From contig JACQIA010000013.1 in NCBI GenBank assembly GCA_016198705.1, positions 1-48,572 on the forward strand: DNA of 48,572 nt, written 5' to 3'. Below are positions 9,051 to 17,862 of the stretch, piece after piece (position 1 is the first letter of the stretch; the number at the start of each line of letters is the position of its first letter). This stretch comes from Candidatus Aenigmatarchaeota archaeon (GTDB lineage Archaea; Aenigmatarchaeota; Aenigmatarchaeia; CG10238-14; SCSR01). The translations under genes and the position numbers were made by a program. The notes under the pieces were generated by a model. That model had not been told where the DNA came from, searched no databases, and worked only from the letters and a program-made list of their open reading frames with translations.

Positions 9051-10469
9051 TCATAATTTTAAGTTAACGATATGTATTGCGGTCTTCTTGACAGCTTCAG
9101 CTGCTTCCATCAGAGATTCTCCAAGTGTTGGATGGGGATGGATTGTATTGATTAAATCTTCTGTTGTCAAACTTTTCTCAACAGCTAATGCAGCCTCGCT
9201 TATTAGATTGGATGCTTCCGGTCCTACGATAGTAACACCAATGAGTTTTCCATCTTTTTGATTTTCGATAATTTTAACAAAACCTTCTGTCTCATTTTCT
9301 ATATAAGCCCTACCTAAAGCTGAAAATGGGAATTTACCAACGTTTATTGAATAGCCTTTTTCTCTAGCTTGATTCTCTGTCAAGCCAGCTATTGCTATTT
9401 CTGGGTCGGAAAAAATTACTGCCGGTATACATGTATTTGTGAATTGCTTATTATGACCGACAATTACTTCTGCAGCTATCTTCCCTTCGCGTGTAGCTTT
9501 ATGTGCCAATAATGGTTGAGTTGCAACATCGCCTATGGCAAAAATTTTAGAATTATTAGATCGCATTGATTTGTCGACAACTATGAAATCATCTTCATTG
9601 ACTTTTACTTTTGTATTTTCGAGACCTAAGTTTGCTGAATTTGGCTTAACACCAACCGCAACTAAAATTTTATCTACTTCAACTGCAAATTCACCTTTTT
9701 CTTGAGAGTTTATTGAAACCTTTAATCTAGAACTGGATTTATCAATTTTTGATATAGTTGAATTTAAAATAAGCTCTACTCCATCTTTCTGCATCTGCTT
9801 TTGTACCACAGAAACTACATCTTTATCGTATCCTCTGAATATCTGATCTCTTCTGTGAACTAGTTTGACTTTGCTCCCCAGTTTAGCATAACAGGTTGCC
9901 ATCTCAACTGCTATATAGCCCCCACCAACAACTAGAAGATCCTTAGGTATTTCCCTAGAATCTAGAATTTCGTTGTAGCTTATTATATTTTTTCCATCAA
10001 ACTCTATTCCTGGCAAGGAATTTGGCATAGCGCCGGTTGCAATTATCGCATAATCGAATTCTATAGAGTCGATTTCTTCATTGCCTCTTATTTTAACTGT
10101 ATTTGAAGATTCAAAATATGCCTCGCCTTTTATCCATTTCACATTATTCTTTTTACATAGAAAATCTATGCCAGACCTTAGTTTTTTCAGTATCCCATTC
10201 TTCCAGTCTTGAAGTTTGCTGGCATCTAAAGAAACGCTGGAAACATTTATCCCCATTGCGCCTGCAGATTTTATATTGTGGAAAAACTTTGAAGCTCGTA
10301 TAAGGGCTTTTGAAGGGATACAGCCATGGTTCATGCAAATGCCGCCTAATCCTTCCAAGCCATCTTTTTCTACAAGAATTACTTGCTTTCCTAATTGACC
10401 AAGTCTAATGGCTGCTACATATCCCCCAGGACCTGCACCGATTACTACTACTTCTGTTTTCAATTTCAT
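9051..10469 (-). CDS. lpdA: Dihydrolipoamide dehydrogenase (E3)
   Basis: GAGPGG FAD motif, GGICMNHGCIPSK redox disulfide and HPHPTLGE C-terminal motif. Confidence 0.95.
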   Translation of the reverse strand: MKLKTEVVVIGAGPGGYVAAIRLGQLGKQVILVEKDGLEGLGGICMNHGCIPSKALIRASKFFHNIKSAGAMGINVSSVSLDASKLQDWKNGILKKLRSGIDFLCKKNNVKWIKGEAYFESSNTVKIRGNEEIDSIEFDYAIIATGAMPNSLPGIEFDGKNIISYNEILDSREIPKDLLVVGGGYIAVEMATCYAKLGSKVKLVHRRDQIFRGYDKDVVSVVQKQMQKDGVELILNSTISKIDKSSSRLKVSINSQEKGEFAVEVDKILVAVGVKPNSANLGLENTKVKVNEDDFIVVDKSMRSNNSKIFAIGDVATQPLLAHKATREGKIAAEVIVGHNKQFTNTCIPAVIFSDPEIAIAGLTENQAREKGYSINVGKFPFSALGRAYIENETEGFVKIIENQKDGKLIGVTIVGPEASNLISEAALAVEKSLTTEDLINTIHPHPTLGESLMEAAEAVKKTAIHIVNLKL

Positions 10470-10575
10470 GTAAAACTACCTTCGGCAATAAAAGTTAAAT
10501 AGAATTATGCCTTATAACAGCATTACAATCTAAAAGCTCTAGAACTTATTATTTGCTGCGTAAAGTATTATTTAT

Positions 10576-11487
10576 ATGATATCCAATAGAGGGAAGCCTC
10601 AATGGCTGAAAATTAAGCCGCCAAGCACTGGGCAATTTATAAAAATAAAGGAAACTTTGAAGAAATATAATTTGCATACTGTTTGCGAGGAATCGCACTG
10701 CCCGAATATTCCTGAGTGCTGGTCTGGTGGAACTGCGACATTTATGATTCTTGGTGATGTTTGTACAAGAGGATGTAGATTTTGTCAGGTGAATGCATCA
10801 GCTAAGGGCAAGCCTATAGACCCTTATGAGCCGATTAAACTTGCATATGCAATCAAGGAATGGAATTTGGATTACATAGTGATTACCAGCGTTGATAGGG
10901 ATGATTTGGAGGATCAGGGTTCTGACCATTTTGCCAAATGCATTGATGAAGTGAAGAAGAGAATTCCCGGATTGATAGTTGAAGTGTTGATTCCTGATTT
11001 CAGAGGAGATGAAGGGTGCTTGAAGAAAGTTGTTGATGCTAAACCTGAAGTTATAGCGCATAATGTGGAAACTGTTCGGAGACTGCAGTCGGAGATAAGG
11101 GACAGGAGAGCTGGATATGAGCAATCATTGTCTGTATTAGCTAACGTTAAGAAATTGAATCCAAAAATATTTACCAAATCTTCTATAATTGTTGGGTTTG
11201 GGGAGACTGATGAAGAGATATTGCAGACTATGAAAGATCTGAGAGCAGTTGGTGTTGATATACTAACTATAGGCCAGTATTTGCGTCCAAGCGACTGGCA
11301 CTTGCCTGTTGCTGCATATGTTCCTCCGGAGAAGTTTGAATTCTATAAGGCGATGGCTGAAGATATGGGATTTCTTTATGTTGCTTCAGGTCCTTTTGTA
11401 AGAAGCAGCTACAGGGCTGGAGAGTTGTTTGTTAAGAATGTTATAAAAAATAACGAACTGTTGAAGACTCAACCAAGTTTAATTTAA
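10576..11487 (+). CDS. lipA: Lipoyl synthase
   Basis: CEESHCPNIPEC auxiliary cluster motif, CTRGCRFC radical SAM motif and RSSY. Confidence 0.95.
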   Translation: MISNRGKPQWLKIKPPSTGQFIKIKETLKKYNLHTVCEESHCPNIPECWSGGTATFMILGDVCTRGCRFCQVNASAKGKPIDPYEPIKLAYAIKEWNLDYIVITSVDRDDLEDQGSDHFAKCIDEVKKRIPGLIVEVLIPDFRGDEGCLKKVVDAKPEVIAHNVETVRRLQSEIRDRRAGYEQSLSVLANVKKLNPKIFTKSSIIVGFGETDEEILQTMKDLRAVGVDILTIGQYLRPSDWHLPVAAYVPPEKFEFYKAMAEDMGFLYVASGPFVRSSYRAGELFVKNVIKNNELLKTQPSLI

Positions 11488-11508
11488 TAAAAATTTAACA
11501 TTAGATAT

Positions 11509-12567
11509 ATGCCAAGAACTAAAGTTCCTGCAAAATCAGACATGTTCCAAATTCTTGATCCAGAAGGAAATGTTTTGGATAAAAAATTGATGCCCAAACT
11601 AACTGACGATGACATCAGGAAAATGTACGGCTATATGGTTTTGGCGAGAAAATGGGATGAGATTGCTTGGAATTTACAGAGGGAAGGCAGGCTGCTTACA
11701 TTTGCTCCTTTGACCGGACAGGAAGCGTCACAAGTTGGCTCTGCTTATGCCATGGAAAAGGACGACTGGTTGTTTCCTATGTATAGAAGCAATGCGGCGA
11801 TGATCCTAAGAGGCATGCCGATGGATTTATTGTTTCAATATTGGAGTGGCGATGAAAGGGGATTGAAAATTCCTGATGATGTCAACATGTTTACAATTGC
11901 AATTCCTGTAGGGACGCAGATACCTCATGCGGCTGGATTTGCTTGGGGAATGAAGATACAGAAGAAGAAAGTTGGTGTTGTTGTTTATTTCGGTGATGCT
12001 GCAACTAGCAAAGGGGATTTCCACGAGGGGTTGAATTTTGCTGGCGTTTTCAAAGCTCCGCTGGTGGCTATTTGCGAAAACAATCAATATGCCATATCAG
12101 TTCCTAGAAGCAGGCAGACTGCAAGTGAGACAATAGCTCAGAAGGCTGCGGCATATGGGTTTGAAGGTGTACAGGTTGATGGGAATGATGTGTTTGCTGT
12201 CTATAAAGTGACTAAAGACGCGTTGGATAAAGCTAGAAATGGGAATGGACCGACATTAATAGAATGTTTTACTTACAGACTTGGTGCGCATACAACATCT
12301 GATGACCCTACAAAATATAGGCCGGTGGAAGAGGTAGAATACTGGAAGAAAAGAGACCCGATTGACAGATTGAGGAAATTCATGGTGAAGAAAGGGATAT
12401 GGAGTGATTCGGATGAACAAAAACTTTTAGCAAATGTGGAAGTGAGGGTAAATGATGCTGTGAAGAAAGCTGAAGCTGTAGAAGCACCGAAGCCGGAAGA
12501 TATGTTCAATTATGTTTATGAGAAGGCAACAGAGCAGTTGAGGCAGCAGATGTCGGAGTTGAAGTGA
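11509..12567 (+). CDS. pdhA: 2-oxoacid (pyruvate/branched-chain) dehydrogenase E1 alpha
   Basis: GDAATSKGDF...ENNQY TPP motif and YRLGAHTTSDDP. Confidence 0.92.
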   Translation: MPRTKVPAKSDMFQILDPEGNVLDKKLMPKLTDDDIRKMYGYMVLARKWDEIAWNLQREGRLLTFAPLTGQEASQVGSAYAMEKDDWLFPMYRSNAAMILRGMPMDLLFQYWSGDERGLKIPDDVNMFTIAIPVGTQIPHAAGFAWGMKIQKKKVGVVVYFGDAATSKGDFHEGLNFAGVFKAPLVAICENNQYAISVPRSRQTASETIAQKAAAYGFEGVQVDGNDVFAVYKVTKDALDKARNGNGPTLIECFTYRLGAHTTSDDPTKYRPVEEVEYWKKRDPIDRLRKFMVKKGIWSDSDEQKLLANVEVRVNDAVKKAEAVEAPKPEDMFNYVYEKATEQLRQQMSELK

Positions 12568-13535
12568 TGAAGTTAAACATGGTTCAGGCAATCAATCTGG
12601 CATTAAAGCAGGAGATGGAAAAAGATTCTAGTATTATTCTTCTTGGTGAGGATATTGGAAAGAATGGTGGTGTGTTTAGGGTTACAGAGGGCTTGTGGCA
12701 GCAGTTTGGAGATGAGAGAGTTATTGACACCCCATTAGCTGAGTTGGGCATAGTTGGTACGAGTATTGGGTTGGCAATTTCTGGGATGAAGCCTGTAGCG
12801 GAAATACAGTTTGACGGCTTTACACCTCCTGCACTTGATCAAATAATTTCCCATGTTGGAAGAATCAGGAACCGTTCTCGCGGAAGATTTCATTTGCAGA
12901 TGGTTATAAGATTTCCTTCTGGAGGGGGCATCAGGGCATTGGAACACCATTCGGAGATAATGGATACCTATTTGTGCCATATTGCAGGAATTAAAGTTGT
13001 CGTGCCAGCTACCCCAAATGATGCTAAAGGATTGTTGATATCTGCGATAAGGGATAAAGATCCGGTGATTTTTATGGAGCCTAAGAAGGTTTATAGAGCG
13101 ATTAAAGAAGAGGTGCCTGAGGAGGAATATACTATACCTATAGGCGAGGCGAAGGTTAGAGAGGGGGATGATGTTACTGTTATTGCATGGGGGGCGATGG
13201 TCAAGACTGTCAATGAAGCTAGGGAAAAAATTGGGGATAAATATTCTGTTGAAACAATTAATCTGCGAAGTTTAAAGCCGCTAGACACGAATGCTGTTGT
13301 AAAGTCTGTAAAGAAAACTGGCAGGGCTGTTATAGTTCAAGAGGGGCCTAGGACACTTGGGTTTGCTGCTGAATTGATTGCTCTGATAAATGAAAAGGCA
13401 TTTTTAAGTTTGGAAGCTCCGATTAAAAGAGTTACCGGTTTTGATGTGCCAACGCCTTTGCCTAAGTTGGAGAATTATTATCTGCCTAGTGTTGACAAGG
13501 TTGTAAATGCTATAGAAGATGTTATGAGATTTTAA
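12564..13535 (+). CDS. pdhB: 2-oxoacid dehydrogenase E1 beta
   Basis: GEDIGKNGGVFR, DTPLAE, AEIQF and EHHS motifs. Confidence 0.93.
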   Translation: MMKLNMVQAINLALKQEMEKDSSIILLGEDIGKNGGVFRVTEGLWQQFGDERVIDTPLAELGIVGTSIGLAISGMKPVAEIQFDGFTPPALDQIISHVGRIRNRSRGRFHLQMVIRFPSGGGIRALEHHSEIMDTYLCHIAGIKVVVPATPNDAKGLLISAIRDKDPVIFMEPKKVYRAIKEEVPEEEYTIPIGEAKVREGDDVTVIAWGAMVKTVNEAREKIGDKYSVETINLRSLKPLDTNAVVKSVKKTGRAVIVQEGPRTLGFAAELIALINEKAFLSLEAPIKRVTGFDVPTPLPKLENYYLPSVDKVVNAIEDVMRF

Positions 13536-13750
13536 AAAATTAATTTTTCTTCCAATATAGTCGCACTGCCACCAAATTTTTTAATGAAAGCTGCTATTTC
13601 TATCAATTTCGATAAATCGCTATGTTTCCAAACAGAATGTTGAATCATTTTAGCATCCATTTTATTCAAATCTCTCCAAACTTTAGTTTCTATTCTTGTA
13701 GGCTCTCTAGGTACATCATAAATTAAAACAAACTCCTTCACACGATTCAC
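13532..13750 (-). CDS. Stand-alone Cas2/VapD/PaaX-central-domain-like protein
   Basis: FVLIYDVP...WRDL...MIQHSVW matches the Cas2 ferredoxin-fold pattern (YD...QxSV); 72 aa. No cas1 or CRISPR array nearby. Confidence 0.7.
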   Translation of the reverse strand: MNRVKEFVLIYDVPREPTRIETKVWRDLNKMDAKMIQHSVWKHSDLSKLIEIAAFIKKFGGSATILEEKLIF

Positions 13751-13756
13751 CTAATA

Positions 13757-13774
13757 ATGTAAGACGTCTTACAT
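13757..13774. promoter_or_regulatory. Perfect 18-bp palindrome, putative operator of the Cas2-like gene
   Basis: ATGTAAGAC|GTCTTACAT lies between the minus-strand BRE/TATA-like AGAAAAGTTTATC (13778-13790) and the GTG start at 13750. Confidence 0.7.
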
Positions 13775-13827
13775 CAAGATAAACTTTTCTATACTTTGAA
13801 ACATAAAAACAGATGATAGAAAATTTG

Positions 13828-13878
13828 TACCATTACAAAAACTCATAAAACAAAAAATTTAAATAGTCTGTAATGGTA
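13828..13878. promoter_or_regulatory. 10-bp inverted repeat flanking the fic TATA box
   Basis: TACCATTACA (13828-13837) and TGTAATGGTA (13869-13878) are separated by 31 nt containing TTTAAATA (13858-13865). Confidence 0.6.
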
Positions 13879-13887
13879 AATAAATCT

Positions 13888-14748
13888 ATGAGAATAATTA
13901 AAAGAAGGAAAGGTAAGGCTGAATACTTCTACTTGCAGCACTCGTTCAGAGCTGATGGGAAAGTTATAACCAAAGAGAAGTATCTGGGAAAAAATATACC
14001 CAAAAATATTGAGGCTATTAAAGAGAAATTCCAGTTAGAGACCCAAAAAAACCTTTATGAGAAGTTGGGAAAAATAAGGAATAGCTTCCAGAAAGAATGG
14101 GGGAAATACCCTAAGACAGCAAAGGAAAAAGAACTGGAGGAAATAGCTATAGCTTTTACTTATAATACAAATGCCATTGAAGGCTCAACAATAACGCTTG
14201 AAGAAGCTAGAGAAATTATACATGATAAAATTGCTCCAAATAAATCCCTGAAAGATATTAGGGAAACTGAGTCCCATGCCAAAGTTTTCTCAGATATGTT
14301 AACTAAGAGAGAGAAAATATCGAATCAACTTCTGTTAAGGTGGCATAAAGAAATATTCGGGGAGACAAAACCTGATATTGCTGGAAAATTTCGCAACTAT
14401 TTTGTGAGAGTAGGAAACTACATAGCTCCAGATTGGCAAGATGTTACAAAACTGATGAATCAGTTTATTAAGTTTGCTAATGAAACTAAATTAAATCCAA
14501 TTGAACTTGCTGGAAGATCCCACTATAGATTTGAAAAAATACACCCTTTTGGTGACGGGAATGGGAGAATTGGTAGATTGATAATGAACAATATCTTGTG
14601 GTATAACGGTTATCCAATGATAATTATAGAATACAAAAAAAGAAAGTTCTATTATAACGCTTTGCAAAAAAGCGAGGAAAGGTTTATGAATTTTTTCATA
14701 AGAAGTTATATTCGTATTCATAAAAAACATCTTAGGTCTGGTGGGTAA
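13888..14748 (+). CDS. Fic-domain protein (AMPylase) with N-terminal basic beta-sheet domain
   Basis: Canonical HPFGDGNGRIGR motif and inhibitory TNAIEG helix (class II Fic). ATG 13888 preferred from TATA spacing; ATG 13873 is also possible. Confidence 0.9.
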   Translation: MRIIKRRKGKAEYFYLQHSFRADGKVITKEKYLGKNIPKNIEAIKEKFQLETQKNLYEKLGKIRNSFQKEWGKYPKTAKEKELEEIAIAFTYNTNAIEGSTITLEEAREIIHDKIAPNKSLKDIRETESHAKVFSDMLTKREKISNQLLLRWHKEIFGETKPDIAGKFRNYFVRVGNYIAPDWQDVTKLMNQFIKFANETKLNPIELAGRSHYRFEKIHPFGDGNGRIGRLIMNNILWYNGYPMIIIEYKKRKFYYNALQKSEERFMNFFIRSYIRIHKKHLRSGG

Positions 14749-14749
14749 A

Positions 14750-15994
14750 ATGGCAAAAGAATTCAAGTTCCCAGATGTAGGCGAGGGGATAACTGAGGGG
14801 GAAATAGTCAAATGGTTTGTTAAAGTAGGCGATGAAATAAAAGAACACCAAGCCTTAGGTGAGATAGAAACCGACAAAGCTATAGTCGAAATGCCCTCGC
14901 CTTACTCAGGAGTGGTCCTTAAAATAGCAATCAAAGAAGGTGAGACTGTAAAAGTTGGTGAAATTTTAGTTGTTATTGGCGAAAAAGGCGAGGTAGCTAA
15001 GGAAACGGTAAAGCAACCAGAAGTAAAACCAGCAGGTGTTGTCGGTTATTTGGAAGAAGCTCCTGAAGAGGAGAAGGTTGAAACCAAACCATCACCCAAA
15101 CAAGAAACAGAACATGTAGAAGTTTTAGCAACCCCAGCTGTCAGGAAATTGGCAAAAGAACTTAACATTGATTTGCCCAAAATAAAAGGTTCTGGTGCTG
15201 GCGGAAGAATACTTGAGGATGATGTGAAGAAAGCTACTAAGGAAGCTAAAGAGCCTGAACTGAAAATCATGAAAAAATATGATATGTGGGGCTACATTGA
15301 CAGAATACCATTGAAAGGCATCCGCAAAATAATTTCTGAACACATGACAAAATCTGCATTCACCGCCCCCCATGTAACACATTTCGATGAAATTGATGTT
15401 ACAAAGTTAGCTGAATATAGAGAGAAGGAGAAAAAAGTTGCTGAAATGAAAGGAATAAAACTAACTTATCTGCCTTTTGTAATTAAAGCGGTCATTGCAG
15501 GACTGAAACAATATCCAAGAATTAATGCATCTCTAGAAGAAGGGAATGAAACTATAATTGTCAAGAAATATTACAACATCGGCATTGCAGTAGATACAGA
15601 TGCTGGTTTGATGGTACCTGTGATTAAAGGAGCTGACCAAAAAAGTATTTATGATATAGCTAGAGAAGCAAATGAATTGGCTGAAAAATGCAGGAATAGA
15701 ACGATAGATTTGATGGACTTGAAAGGAGGTAGTTTTACACTTACCAATATCGGCAGTCTTGGTGGAATTTTTGCAACACCAATTATCAATTATCCTGAAG
15801 TTGCGATTCTAATGACTGGAAAAATGTTTGAAAAATTGATGTTGGAAGGGGATAAAATAAAGGTGAAGAAAATCATGCCCTTGTCCTTATCATTTGACCA
15901 TCGTGTTATTGATGGAGCAGATGCTGCAAGATTTGTAAATACAGTTAAACAGTATTTGGAAAATCCTGAAATGATTTTAGCTGAAAGGAATTGA
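14750..15994 (+). CDS. pdhC: Dihydrolipoamide acyltransferase (E2), one lipoyl domain
   Basis: ETDKA lipoyl-lysine, ATPAVRKLA peripheral subunit-binding domain and DHRVIDG catalytic motif. ATG 14750 follows a GGTGG RBS. Confidence 0.95.
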   Translation: MAKEFKFPDVGEGITEGEIVKWFVKVGDEIKEHQALGEIETDKAIVEMPSPYSGVVLKIAIKEGETVKVGEILVVIGEKGEVAKETVKQPEVKPAGVVGYLEEAPEEEKVETKPSPKQETEHVEVLATPAVRKLAKELNIDLPKIKGSGAGGRILEDDVKKATKEAKEPELKIMKKYDMWGYIDRIPLKGIRKIISEHMTKSAFTAPHVTHFDEIDVTKLAEYREKEKKVAEMKGIKLTYLPFVIKAVIAGLKQYPRINASLEEGNETIIVKKYYNIGIAVDTDAGLMVPVIKGADQKSIYDIAREANELAEKCRNRTIDLMDLKGGSFTLTNIGSLGGIFATPIINYPEVAILMTGKMFEKLMLEGDKIKVKKIMPLSLSFDHRVIDGADAARFVNTVKQYLENPEMILAERN

Positions 15995-15999
15995 AAATA

Positions 16000-16815
16000 T
16001 TAATTCTTCCACCCGACAAAACATTCTACTCTTTCAGATTTATCTAGATTGCCGGTTCCAGAAAGCAACCACTCCTCGTCTTCATATTTAGCCCTTACTA
16101 ATTTCTCAGCATATCCAAGTTCTTCTTTAGATAACGATGAAGATTTCATTTCAATCCCAAATTCTAACAATTGTCTGACGAATTCTTCAGCCATTGCTAA
16201 AACCAATTTATTTGAATCCGCAATGCCTCCTTCCTCTTCCACAGATGTCATTTGAGCCTGCATTTTTACCACATCCCTTTCTCCATTTGTATATCTAACA
16301 TAGTCCCCGGCATCATGTCTTCTCATAGCTATTATTCCATGTTGCAACCACGTTTGTCCATTAGGTGTGACTGTATTCTGTGCGCTTCCAGAAATTTTCC
16401 TTCCGTTAACGAAAATATTGCCGTATCCTTCAGGGAATGGGTCGTAACCATTAGGAACACCTACTCTTTCAAGACTTCTCACAACTATGGGAAATAATCT
16501 ACTATCCAAATCTCTTTTGGATCTTACGTGCTGTTTAGGAATCACAATACCGTATGCAACGTCATCTACATTATGAATTACAGCATAACCTTCCGTTGGT
16601 CTCCTTACAACTTCCAAACTATCTTCTCTGCAGGCTTCTAGATTAACGTAGCCGATTTTTTGCCGTTCTCCTATCGACACACCTTTTCTTTGCCATCCAG
16701 ATGCTAAGAAAATAGTAACTGGATAGCCTCGTCCGACTGATTCTTGCAGGGTTTCTGATATTGCCATATATTCGGCAATGCTAGTGGATTCTAAAGTTAT
16801 AATTCTGCCTTCCAA
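16000..16815 (-). CDS. Divergent lipoate-protein ligase/octanoyltransferase-family protein (single domain)
   Basis: RRPTEGYAVIH (degenerate RRxTGGGAVYH), KISGSAQ and QHG. Confidence 0.8.
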   Translation of the reverse strand: MEGRIITLESTSIAEYMAISETLQESVGRGYPVTIFLASGWQRKGVSIGERQKIGYVNLEACREDSLEVVRRPTEGYAVIHNVDDVAYGIVIPKQHVRSKRDLDSRLFPIVVRSLERVGVPNGYDPFPEGYGNIFVNGRKISGSAQNTVTPNGQTWLQHGIIAMRRHDAGDYVRYTNGERDVVKMQAQMTSVEEEGGIADSNKLVLAMAEEFVRQLLEFGIEMKSSSLSKEELGYAEKLVRAKYEDEEWLLSGTGNLDKSERVECFVGWKN

Positions 16816-16821
16816 AATATA

Positions 16822-17841
16822 TCACCTTTTGAAATTCCACTCTTGTGTTCTGTATCTATTTCTAGCAAGCTCTTCCGCATTTTTAGTCTCTGCATCTGTC
16901 AACTTACCAAGCTCCCAAGCCTTTCCATCAGTAAATCCTTTTAATAAAGCTTGATAACATTCATCCAAAGAAAAATTGCCAAAATTAAGCAATCTAGTAA
17001 CTCTATCCTCAACAGCTTTAATCATCTTATCAGAAATCTTCTCTTGAGAAACTTTCAACAGTGAAAACATCTTCCTTACATCCAGATCATAAAGTATAGT
17101 CCCATGCTGCAGCAAAACACCATTTCTTCTGGTCTGCGCATTTCCTGATATCTTTTTCCCATTCACAACAATATCATTTATAGGAACAAACTGCGCTTCA
17201 ATTCCTAATTGCTTCAATCCAGCAATAATCCAGCCGCAAATCAAATTATATGACTCATGAATGCCTTTAGGGAACATCCACTCCGGTGCTATCACACTAT
17301 AAGTTATCTCTCCTTGATAATCATGATACACCGCCCCACCACCGGTTCTCCTTCTCACAACATCAACACCCAACTCTCTGCATACATCCAAATTCACTTC
17401 ATCATTAGTTGATTGGAAATAACCAATGCTGACCGCAGAAGGCTGCCACCTCCAAAACCTGATAGTTGGCTGCATTCCATTAGCTACAGCTTCTGATACA
17501 GCTTCATCAATTGCCATAGACATAAATGCATCTGCAACATGCAGAGGAATAACCCTCCATTTCACCATAGCTTTCTTAACAGCTTTTGAAATAGCTTCTG
17601 GAGTAATTCCAATTAATTGAATCCCCTTCACCTCCACAACTTCAGAAATTATACCTGCGATCAAACTTTCATCGACATCAGTTTTTAAACCAATCAAACT
17701 CCTTTCAATATCTTCTATCGCATCCTCAGGATGAAGGAAAAAATCACCGTAAATATTGATAGAATTAATTACATTATCATAATTTACTTTAACCCTAACT
17801 AACTTCCCGCCGGCAACCTTTTCGCTTGCCACTCCATCCAT
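16822..17841 (-). CDS. lplA: Lipoate-protein ligase, circularly permuted Lpl(BA)
   Basis: N-terminal accessory domain (GGKLVRV...GDFFLHP) fused to a catalytic domain with RRRTGGGAVYHD, KKISGNAQ and QHGT. Confidence 0.9.
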   Translation of the reverse strand: MDGVASEKVAGGKLVRVKVNYDNVINSINIYGDFFLHPEDAIEDIERSLIGLKTDVDESLIAGIISEVVEVKGIQLIGITPEAISKAVKKAMVKWRVIPLHVADAFMSMAIDEAVSEAVANGMQPTIRFWRWQPSAVSIGYFQSTNDEVNLDVCRELGVDVVRRRTGGGAVYHDYQGEITYSVIAPEWMFPKGIHESYNLICGWIIAGLKQLGIEAQFVPINDIVVNGKKISGNAQTRRNGVLLQHGTILYDLDVRKMFSLLKVSQEKISDKMIKAVEDRVTRLLNFGNFSLDECYQALLKGFTDGKAWELGKLTDAETKNAEELARNRYRTQEWNFKR

Positions 17842-17862
17842 GTTATTGACTATCTATATTAA

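Noticed and set aside
13532-13880. CRISPR-Cas locus suggested by the Cas2-like gene
   Set aside because: No cas1 or other cas genes and no repeat-spacer array seen anywhere in the window.
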